Part shown: positions 40,236 to 48,692 of the stretch, one piece after another
Position numbering within the stretch: position 1 is the first letter of the stretch
Layout of the letters: each line of letters opens with the position of its first letter
Origin: an uncultured Spirochaetota bacterium
GTDB lineage: Bacteria; Spirochaetota; Spirochaetia; SZUA-6; Fen-1364
Direction: 5' to 3'
Length of the DNA: 64,000 nt
Assembly: GCA_963781885.1 (NCBI GenBank)
Contig: CAWAHW010000004.1
Span: 160,001 to 224,000 of the forward strand
The notes under the pieces: model-generated
The model's input: the letters and a program-made list of their open reading frames with translations, nothing else
Told to the model about the DNA's origin: nothing
Databases searched by the model: none
Made by a program: the position numbers and the translations under genes

Positions 40236-41396
40236 GTGAGCCAGAGAAAAGATTATGTCTTCACGTCCGAAAGCGTCGGCGAGGGCCATCCGGACAAGGT
40301 CTGCGACCAAATCTCGGATGCCGTCCTCGACGAGGCGCTGCGCCAGGACCCCACGTCCCACGTCGCCTGTGAGAGCTTCACCACGACGGGCCTCGTCCTT
40401 GTCGGAGGGGAGATCACCACGACCGGCTACATCGACCTTCCCGTGCTCGTGCGCGGCGTGCTCAAGGGTATCGGGTACACGGACCCGTCCTACGGAATCG
40501 ACTTCGAATCCTGCTCCGTCATCTCCACCATCCAGAGGCAGTCCCCCGACATCGCCCAGGGGGTGAACGGCACGGGCCTCCACCACGAGATGGGCGCCGG
40601 CGACCAGGGTATGATGTTCGGCTACGCCTGCACGGAGATGCCCAACCTCATGCCGGCCCCGATCAGCCTCGCCCACAGCATCATGCGCACCGCGTCGGTT
40701 GCCCGCAAGAACGGCACGCTGTCCTTCCTGCGGCCCGACGGCAAGTGCCAGGTGACGGTGCAGTACATCGACGGCAAGCCCGCGCACGTGACGACGGTCG
40801 TCCTCTCTCACCAGCATTCTGAGGAGATCGGCCACAAGGAGCTGGAAGAATCCCTCATCGAGACGGTGATCAAGAAGTCCATCCCCGCCTCGCTCCTCAA
40901 CGGCAAGACCGTGTACCACATCAATCCGACGGGGCGCTTCGTGATCGGCGGGCCGCACGGCGACTCGGGCCTCACGGGACGAAAGATCATCGTCGACACC
41001 TACGGCGGCATGTCGCGCCATGGCGGCGGCGCCTTCTCCGGCAAGGACCCGTCCAAGGTGGACCGTTCGGCATCATACATGGCCCGCTACGTTGCAAAGA
41101 ACGTCGTGGCCGCGGGCCTCTGCGAGCGCTGCGAGGTGCAGGTGGCTTACGCCATCGGCATCGCCAAGCCCGTCTCCCTTTACGTCTCCACGTTCGAAAC
41201 GGGCAAGGTGCCTGATGAGAAAATCGAAAAGGCGGTCGCCGAGGTATTCGACCTTACCCCGCAGGGCATCATCACGACGCTTGACCTCCTGCGCCCGATC
41301 TACCGCGAGACCTCCAACTACGGCCACTTCGGCCGTGAAGGCTTCTCCTGGGAGAAGACCGACAAGGTGGAGGCCTTGAAGGCAAGGCTGGGCTGA
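40236..41396 (+). CDS. metK: S-adenosylmethionine synthetase
   Basis: [28 protein letters not shown]. Confidence 0.98.
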   Translation: MSQRKDYVFTSESVGEGHPDKVCDQISDAVLDEALRQDPTSHVACESFTTTGLVLVGGEITTTGYIDLPVLVRGVLKGIGYTDPSYGIDFESCSVISTIQRQSPDIAQGVNGTGLHHEMGAGDQGMMFGYACTEMPNLMPAPISLAHSIMRTASVARKNGTLSFLRPDGKCQVTVQYIDGKPAHVTTVVLSHQHSEEIGHKELEESLIETVIKKSIPASLLNGKTVYHINPTGRFVIGGPHGDSGLTGRKIIVDTYGGMSRHGGGAFSGKDPSKVDRSASYMARYVAKNVVAAGLCERCEVQVAYAIGIAKPVSLYVSTFETGKVPDEKIEKAVAEVFDLTPQGIITTLDLLRPIYRETSNYGHFGREGFSWEKTDKVEALKARLG

Positions 41397-42394
41397 TGGA
41401 AGCAGCGGCAGGGCAGGCGCTCTGGTATGCAACCCGTCCTGACGGGAAAGCGGCCTGCCTGCTCTGCCCGCATGCCTGCGTCATCGCCGAAGGAAAGCAC
41501 GGTGTCTGCGGCGTGCGCTTCAACCAGGGAGGCCGGTTGGCGCTCCCGTTCTACGGCCGCGTCTCATCGCTCGCCGTCGATCCCATCGAAAAAAAGCCGC
41601 TCTATCATTTCCACCCCGGGGCGCGCATCCTTTCGGCGGGTTTTGTCGGGTGCTCGTTCCGCTGCGGGTTCTGCCAGAACTGGCACATCTCCCAGGGAAC
41701 CGATGCGCAGACGCGCTTCATGTCGCCCGCGGACCTGGTCCAGGCGGCGCTCACGGAGCGTTCGTTTGCGCTGGCCTACACCTACTCCGAGCCGCTCATC
41801 CACGCGGAGTATCTCCTGGATGCCGCGCGGCTGGCGCGCGCCGCGGGCCTCAAGAATGTGCTCGTCTCCAATGGGTTCATCAACCCGGGGCCGGCCGATG
41901 AAATCCTCGCCGTCATGGACGCCGCGAATATCGACTTGAAGGCCTGGGACGCCGATTTCTACCGCAAGGAGACCGGCGGAAAGCTGGAGGACGTGCAGCG
42001 CTTCATCAGCCAGGCGGCGGGCTGCATCCACCTCGAGGTGACGACCCTCGTGATCCCCGGCAAGAACGACGACCCGCGGCAGATCGAAGGCATCGCGCGA
42101 TTCATCGCTTCACTCGATCCCGGCATCCCGCTGCACCTTTCCGCGTATCATCCCGATTTCAACTACGATGTCGACCCGACACCGCCGCAGACGGTCCGCA
42201 CGCTCGCCGAGGCGGCGCGGCAGCATCTGCAGTTCGTCTACGTGGGCAACCTCGGCGGAGAGCAATCCGATACCGCCTGCCCCCACTGCGGCGGCCTGCT
42301 GGTGCGGCGCCGGGGCTACGCCGTAACGGTGGAGGGAATACGTGACGGCGCGTGCGCGAAATGCGGCACGCGAAGCCCTATCGTCCTGGCTTGA
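41396..42394 (+). CDS. amrS: AmmeMemoRadiSam-system radical SAM enzyme
   Basis: CLLCPHAC, DPIEKKPLYHFHPG, CSFRCGFCQNWHISQ, YTYSEP. Confidence 0.9.
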   Translation: MEAAAGQALWYATRPDGKAACLLCPHACVIAEGKHGVCGVRFNQGGRLALPFYGRVSSLAVDPIEKKPLYHFHPGARILSAGFVGCSFRCGFCQNWHISQGTDAQTRFMSPADLVQAALTERSFALAYTYSEPLIHAEYLLDAARLARAAGLKNVLVSNGFINPGPADEILAVMDAANIDLKAWDADFYRKETGGKLEDVQRFISQAAGCIHLEVTTLVIPGKNDDPRQIEGIARFIASLDPGIPLHLSAYHPDFNYDVDPTPPQTVRTLAEAARQHLQFVYVGNLGGEQSDTACPHCGGLLVRRRGYAVTVEGIRDGACAKCGTRSPIVLA

Positions 42395-43418
42395 ATCCTT
42401 CCGCCTTGTAGCGGGGGAAGCTCACCGTCCACGATCTGCCCAGTAGCTTCCGCACGCCCCGCGAACCCTCGAGCCGGAACAGCAGAGGCTCCAGGACCGC
42501 CGCCTGCAGCCGTGAAAGATAAACGGCAAGTGCCAGGAAAAGAGCGATCCACGCGGGCACTGACAGGTAGCCGGGCAGCGCGACGAGCGCGGAAAGCCTG
42601 TTCAATCCGATTACGGAGACAACAATTATCGCCACGTTGACCGTGAGGTGGACGACCGTGCGCGGGATGGACATCTGGATCGATTCCCGGGGACACAGGT
42701 TGATGCAGCGGTTGCACCCTTCGCACCTCACGCGCCACAAGGGCCTGCGCGCCTCCCCTTTTCCCGCCAAGACGATGGCCGATGCCGGGCAATCACGGGC
42801 GCAAATGCCACATGCGTTGCAGCGGGCATCCGCGGCGTACAGGGCGCCGAGGAGGTAACGTCCGATCAGTGAATAGATCATCGAAACGGGCCACGAGAGG
42901 ACCGCCATGAGCGTGCCGATGCGCGCACGTCCCGGCACGGAAGCCCCCGCTCCATCGGCGAGCGTCGCGGCGAATCGCGCGGCCTCCGCGTCACCTTCCC
43001 GCGTCATCGACAGGGCAAGGTCTGCGCTCGGTGAAGGCACCACCTGGGTCCAGTTAAACGGGTAGGACACACCCGCCGCGGCGCCAACGCGGAAGCCTTT
43101 CCGTCTCAGGAGCCCGCGCGCCTGCCAGAGCGACGCGAATGGAGCGCCGCCCCACGTCGCGAATGCCGCGGCATTCCTTCCTCTGCCCCGCACGCCGCGG
43201 AGCATTCTGCGCACGAGGGCGGGAATGCCGAAGCCGAGCACGGGAAAGGCCAATACAAAAAGGTCGCCCGTAAAATCGCCTCGAAGGCTCCTATCCCCCC
43301 GTCGAAGCTCCACGAGCCTCACATGCCATCCCCTGCCGCCGAGAACGCCTGCGATTCCATGCGCCGCCCTCCACGTGTTCCCCGTGCCCGTTATGTACGC
43401 AACCGTTGCCTCTTTCAC
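42378..43418 (-). CDS. EFR1-family flavodoxin-ferredoxin protein with C-terminal TM helices
   Basis: TGTGNT; CNACGICARDCP and CEGCNRCINLCP 4Fe-4S motifs. Confidence 0.85.
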   Translation of the reverse strand: MKEATVAYITGTGNTWRAAHGIAGVLGGRGWHVRLVELRRGDRSLRGDFTGDLFVLAFPVLGFGIPALVRRMLRGVRGRGRNAAAFATWGGAPFASLWQARGLLRRKGFRVGAAAGVSYPFNWTQVVPSPSADLALSMTREGDAEAARFAATLADGAGASVPGRARIGTLMAVLSWPVSMIYSLIGRYLLGALYAADARCNACGICARDCPASAIVLAGKGEARRPLWRVRCEGCNRCINLCPRESIQMSIPRTVVHLTVNVAIIVVSVIGLNRLSALVALPGYLSVPAWIALFLALAVYLSRLQAAVLEPLLFRLEGSRGVRKLLGRSWTVSFPRYKAEGFKPGR

Positions 43419-44117
43419 GGTCTGTCCCCTTTTTCAAGCGATCCTCGTGCCACGGCCTTCTGCTGGAAGGTCCTTTCGAACACATACGCGCGGTACACGC
43501 GCGCGCTCCGCGTCATCTCTTCCGTGAGGGCGGCGTTCGCTTCGATTCCCAGCCCGCCGATCAGGCGCGCCCGTATCCCCATCTCGTGCTCCACGAGATC
43601 CCGCGCGCAGCGCGCGTAGAAGGTGAAGTCCCTGACCGAAAGCCCCCAGGAGAGGGATTGGGCAAACATCGATGCGATGGCCACGTCCTGCTCGTCGAAA
43701 CTGCTGTCGTTTCGCGGGACAAGGAGTCCGGCCTCCACGAGCGAGCGGAGCGTCGCGGCGCTCAACCCGCTTGTTTGCTGGACCTGTTGCCGCGTATATC
43801 GCGTGCCCTCATCAAGCCCGAAAACCGTGTCGGACAGCGACATCAGGGCCCTGATGTCCTCGGGACGAGCCGCGGACTGCATATACCCCTTTATCTCGGA
43901 CAGCGTGAGCCGCTTCTTTTTCTGGAGCATCCGTATCAGCTGCACGCGCTCGACGCAGTTCTGGCGAGTAAGCGGCGACATTGCGCCCCGTGCGCACGGG
44001 CTCGGGCAGGAGCCCCTGGTCGACGTAGTGGAGAAGCGTCGATCGCGGCAGCCCGGTTGCCTTCATCAGCTCACGCATCTTCAGGCCGGAGGGCCATTTT
44101 TTCGCAGGAGGGTGCAT
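43415..44117 (-). CDS. MerR-family transcriptional regulator, frameshifted near 43958
   Basis: MRELMKATGLPRSTLLHYVDQGLLP...AAYSPE in one frame continues as CVERVQLIRMLQ...LTLSEIK in another; second HTH-like segment SGLSAATLRSLVEAGLL. Confidence 0.82.
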
Positions 44118-44263
44118 GCCGGAATGCCAATCGAAAAACGATTTTTTGTCAAGTGCAACTCTACACTTTGCATTATGAAGGGGCACGAACGACCAGGTGG
44201 GCCGCCCACCAACTCGTCCGGTATTGACAGAATCAGGGCTTCGTGGTTATGTGAGGCTCACTT

Positions 44264-44336
44264 TCCCCTGTAGCTCAGTCGGTAGAGCGGGTGGCTGTTA
44301 ACCACTAGGTCGCTGGTTCGAGTCCGGCCGGGGGAG
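44264..44336 (+). tRNA. tRNA-Asn (GTT)
   Basis: Acceptor TCCCCTG/CGGGGGA, D-arm GCTC/GAGC, anticodon loop CTGTTAA, T-loop GGTTCGAGTCC; TTGACA at 44224. Confidence 0.97.
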
Positions 44337-44340
44337 CGAA

Positions 44341-44376
44341 AGAAAGGGTCCAGCCACCGGCTGGGCCCTTTCTTTT
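44341..44376 (+). terminator. intrinsic terminator after tRNA-Asn
   Basis: AGAAAGGGTCCAGCC/GGCTGGGCCCTTTCT followed by TTT. Confidence 0.75.
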
Positions 44377-44630
44377 CCCTGGCCGGACTCGAAACGAGCG
44401 AGCGCGGCGCGATCAGCGCCGAAAAGCGCGCAGGGACGCGCGCTTCGCGCGTTCGCTGCGTGGAAGCAATTTCTACTGGGCAGTTCCGCTCGAGTCTCAA
44501 GAATCCACTTGCTCCTTCTCCCGGTTGGCAGTAGGTTCCAAATCGCCGCGCATCGAAGTCGATGAACAGGTCACCATGCTCGTTTGCCGGCCGTCACGTT
44601 TCCTGCTATTCACTCGTGTCGGGGGGGCGT

Positions 44631-45519
44631 ATGCACGTTTCTCGAATCCATGGGGCCTTGAAGAGGGCCTCTACCTTTGCGGCGCCGGCAGGAGCCGGGG
44701 CCGCGCTCGTTCTCATGCTCGGCTTTGCGGTGACGGCCTTCGGGCAGACCGTACCGGCCCCGACTGGTGCCCACGCGCCCGTTGTGCCGGACATCGTGGA
44801 GTCACAGAACGAGCTCGCCGCCTGCTTGTCGGACAACCAGATCCAGGGAGCGGCGGATGGATCCCAGACCTTCAATGGCAAGGCCGGTCGGTCAATGGAT
44901 CGCCCAGACGCAGGAAAAGTTCTCCACGCCGCTCGTGGCATTCAACGCCTCCGTCTCGCCCGACGGACAAAGTCTTGCGGTGGAGCTCGTGGGGTGCCAC
45001 CGGTCCCAGGACCAGCCGTTTCCCTTCACGATCGTCGCCGTTATTGGCCCGAACGGCCAGGTGAGCTACCTCCGCGATCAGGCGGGTACGCCATACTTCG
45101 ACGGGTTCTTCACGGGCAACTCCGAAGGTGTCTACCACCTTTTCGGATGGCTTGCGAACAGCCAGACAGTCCTCCTCTTTGCGGAGCCTTACGATCTGGG
45201 CGCGGGAGGATCGTGCGAGCCGACCGACTGGATATCATATGGCCGTGGCGGGCAGCCGGAAGCCGCCTTCCAGACCGTAAACGGCTTCACTCCCGCGAAG
45301 GGCAACGGAGTCCTTTTCTATGTTGCACCCGACGGTTGCAGCGGCGGGGAGAATGAGATTCACGAGGTACAGACTGCGACCGGCATCGACACGACAATCT
45401 ACGCTGGCCCGCAGGACGTGGGCGTCGAGATAACCGGAATTTCTGAGACGCCAGGCGGGTCCATCGTCATACGCTATCGCCCGTTTGGAGGCGACGAGCG
45501 AAAGCTCACTGTTCCCTGA
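44631..45519 (+). CDS. exported hypothetical protein, frameshifted near 44882
   Basis: Signal-like ALVLMLGFAVTAFG in frame 44562; the body (VSPDGQSLAV..., beta-rich) is in frame 44767. Confidence 0.55.
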
Positions 45520-45678
45520 GCCGGCCCGCCTGGTAGAGCGACACGCGACGTCGCGCGCGCGGGCTGCGCCCGCCACTGAGCGCCGCCGCGGCGAGCCGTC
45601 CCGAAATGAAGCAAACCTTGACAGGCCTGGAATTGTGCCAGACCATAGAAAGCAGACTTGGCGGAGGAAACAGGAACC

Positions 45679-46077
45679 ATGCCGAACCCGAACGAGCTCA
45701 TCGATGACCTTATTGCCAAAACCCCGGACTGGCGCGGCAAGACTTTTTCCAAGCTTCGAAAAATCATCCACGATGCCGACCCCGAGATAACCGAGGAATG
45801 GAAATGGGTCACTGCCAACCGCCCCGGCACGCCGGTATGGGAGCACAACGGGAGTGTCTGCCACATCAACATCCTGAAAGACAAGGTGAAGCTGACACTT
45901 CACGAAGGGGCGAGCCTCGACGACCCGAAAAAGCTCTTCAACAACGGGTTTGGGGGCAACAAACTGCGGGCAATCGATATCAGTGAGGGCGACAAGCTCA
46001 ACGCAGGCGCTCTGAAGGCGCTCATCCGTGCCGGTGTTGAATATAACCTCTCCAAGGTGAAACCCAAGCGCAAGTAA
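45679..46077 (+). CDS. DUF1801 (YdhG-like) domain protein
   Basis: DWRGKT..LRKIIHDADPEITEEWKW...GTPVWEHNG...GASLDDPKKLFN. Confidence 0.85.
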   Translation: MPNPNELIDDLIAKTPDWRGKTFSKLRKIIHDADPEITEEWKWVTANRPGTPVWEHNGSVCHINILKDKVKLTLHEGASLDDPKKLFNNGFGGNKLRAIDISEGDKLNAGALKALIRAGVEYNLSKVKPKRK

Positions 46078-46136
46078 GGAGGCCGCCGGGAGGGCGGCCC
46101 CGCAGCAACGTGTTGAATATCCAAATGGAGCTGATC

Positions 46137-47029
46137 ATGTGCCGATTCCGCCGCATCTCCCAGGTGCTCTCCGTCGCAGCACCCCTGGCGGCTTTCTTCG
46201 GGGTGGTTATAGCCGTCAATCCCGTCATGGCGGCCGCCGCGCCAGACAGCGTCCTGATACAGCAGGCAGCGGGGTCAACGATCTTCGACAACGGGACCGG
46301 CTTCATGTGGGGAACGACCGGCAGCTCGTTCGCAATCGCGCGCACCCAGAACAATGGAAAGACGTGGAGCAAGGACGACCTCGACGGCGTCTCCGATAAA
46401 CCTGGGCGCCCTTGCAACAGCGTCAGGCGGCCGTCTCACCACTGTCTCCGTGCACTTCGCCGATCCCGACCATGGCTGGGTTGCCTGGTCCACCGAGGAT
46501 TCGGTTTTCCATATCGCGAGCACCACGGACGGCGGGGCAAGCTGGCGGGACGCGCTGTCGCTGCAGACCGACGCCGTGTTCGACCGCGATATCTTCCCCG
46601 GGCCTGGCCGCGCCTGCCTCCTGGCGGAAATGCCGGAGGGAATGATGCACACCACGATGGTGACGATAGCCACGGACGACAACGGCGTCACGTGGACTCC
46701 CAGCGTGCTCTCCCACGGCGATGGTGTGCACGATTGGACGTTCCGCAGCGCGACAGACGGCTTCCTTTCGGTCGACTACCCCTCCGGGGTGAGCATCCTT
46801 TTCTACCAAACGACGGACGGCGGCAAAAGCTGGAAGAGTGTCGATCTTCCCCTTCCGCCCGATGTCACGACCGAAGGGGTCTGGGGCACATCCCCCGGGC
46901 AAGCCCGTTTTTTCGGGCCCGCAACAACTGACCGGCATGATGACGGTGGAGGTCGATCTTCCGAAAGGCGAGGCGAACGTGGTGTACCGCACCACCGACG
47001 GCGGGAATACGTGGACCTACTCGAAATAG
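46137..47029 (+). CDS. secreted Asp-box/BNR-repeat beta-propeller protein, split by two frameshifts (~46395, ~46900)
   Basis: Five Asp-boxes across three frames: RTQNNGKTW, STTDGGASW, ATDDNGVTW, QTTDGGKSW, RTTDGGNTW; signal peptide. Confidence 0.7.
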
Positions 47030-47038
47030 GGGAGACTA

Positions 47039-47076
47039 TTGTTATATAACAAGCTATATATGGCTTGTTATATAAT
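47039..47076. promoter_or_regulatory. paired palindromic operator-like sites TTGTTATATAACAA / TTGTTATATAAT
   Basis: Perfect 14-bp palindrome plus a second copy 26 bp downstream in an AT-rich patch. Confidence 0.6.
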
Positions 47077-47444
47077 GCTTTATTAATGAATTGTTAATCT
47101 CCCGTTTATGGCGCCCAACATACCGTTCATATAAGCTGCTCAACTAACGGAAAGGCGGCTTGATTGTCCGCGTGCAGTGGCATTCCAAGCGAGGGTCATG
47201 GGGTCGGGGTATCTTCATTCACGTCCTCCCTTTCCGTTGGAGTGATTAGGTTGCCGCGGGATTCACCCTCGCTGCAGCTCCATCCGTGACCCTCACTTGA
47301 TATGCCATGGCATGGATCGTCGTCAAAGCCACATGAAGACGGCGCTCGCCAAATACTTGGTCACAACACGACGGCCGGTGGCTGTCGTGTCTAGAATGAG
47401 GAGCCGTTGGCTCCAGATTCGACGTAGTACAAGGGAGGAAGGGA

Positions 47445-48548
47445 ATGAAAAGAACTCTGTTGTTTGGGCTTATGGCTCTGGCTCTCCTCGCCGTTGCGCT
47501 CCCCGCAATGGCAGCTCCATCGACTCTCGGGGTTGCGGGCGAAGTGACGTACGGCGTCATCGGCACCGGCACGACCGCAGCAGATGGTTTCGGCAATGCG
47601 CAAATGACTCTTACCGCAACTGTCGATCCCAACAACATGGCATCGCTGCAGCTTTACGCAAACACCCTGACTGCCACTGAGAACGGCTCCACCATGGGCA
47701 TCCCTGTTGTCAACGATTTCTACTGGCAGTCGAATATCGGCGGCATACTCGGTCTGGACGCCAAGGTTGTCGACCCGGTCCTCTCGGTGGGATATGGCGT
47801 TTACGATCTTCCTGACTTCAACCTGACCCAGTCCGGCCCTGAAGGCATCGCGGCACTCGGCGTCGACAGCGGCAATGCGGACGGCATGTTCGGTGGTGAA
47901 ATCGGACATGGATTTGGCCTGGCTGCTTTGAACACCAGCATCCTGGGGATGTTCAACGTCGTCCTGGCAGCATCTGGAACGGCTTTCACAACGGCAACGC
48001 CCGAAGCTCTGGCTGGCGTTTATGGCACGGTCGGACCTGTCAGCTTCGAAGCTGGGTGGGCCGCAAAGGGAACCACAGCTGGTTACATTCCCATCGGCGT
48101 CAAGGCAAATCTTGCGATGGGGGACATCGGTCTTGCAGCCATGGGCAGCTACGTTGTCAATCTGAACGCGGGCGGCGTGTCCAACTGGGCAGGCGGCCTC
48201 CAGGCAAGCTACAAGAGCAGCTACACGGTTGACTTTGCCTTGGTTTCCACCGAACCCAAGTGGGCCACCGCCGGGATCATCGAAGGCACGGGAGATGTCA
48301 TTCTTACCTTCGCACCGAACTTCGGAGTCATCGGCACGGCATGGCTGAACCTCGCTACTAACGCAGCGGCGCTGTTCGATACCTTCGAAGCTTCCGTTTG
48401 GTACTCGTTCGGCCCTGCCAAGATTCGTGTTGGCTACCTCTACACGACCGCGACGGGGAACACACTCGGAAATCCTGACCTGAACGCACCGGCGGCTAAT
48501 GGCGCCAATGGCGGCGGCGTATTCGCTACTGCCGACATGTCCTTCTAG
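47445..48548 (+). CDS. putative outer-membrane beta-barrel (porin-like) protein
   Basis: Signal peptide MKRTLLFGLMALALLAVALPAMA; Gly/Ala/Thr/Asn-rich amphipathic strands; terminal Phe (FATADMSF). Confidence 0.68.
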   Translation: MKRTLLFGLMALALLAVALPAMAAPSTLGVAGEVTYGVIGTGTTAADGFGNAQMTLTATVDPNNMASLQLYANTLTATENGSTMGIPVVNDFYWQSNIGGILGLDAKVVDPVLSVGYGVYDLPDFNLTQSGPEGIAALGVDSGNADGMFGGEIGHGFGLAALNTSILGMFNVVLAASGTAFTTATPEALAGVYGTVGPVSFEAGWAAKGTTAGYIPIGVKANLAMGDIGLAAMGSYVVNLNAGGVSNWAGGLQASYKSSYTVDFALVSTEPKWATAGIIEGTGDVILTFAPNFGVIGTAWLNLATNAAALFDTFEASVWYSFGPAKIRVGYLYTTATGNTLGNPDLNAPAANGANGGGVFATADMSF

Positions 48549-48570
48549 AACGTACTCCTTTCTGACTATC

Positions 48571-48604
48571 AAAACGGCCCTTCTTCCAAAGGGCCGTTTT
48601 TTTT
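48571..48604 (+). terminator. intrinsic terminator
   Basis: AAAACGGCCCTT-CTTCCA-AAGGGCCGTTTTTTTT. Confidence 0.88.
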
Positions 48605-48692
48605 CGGGGCTCACCAGCTTTGTGGCGATGAAGCTGCTCACAATGCTTGACAGGCCCTTCCCTCCGATTCACTATTCCGTGAAGCGCCCCCG

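Noticed and set aside
47150-47300. c-di-AMP (ydaO) or cobalamin riboswitch
   Set aside because: A GGGTGAATC fragment occurs only on the strand opposite the porin gene, and the other conserved elements are missing.
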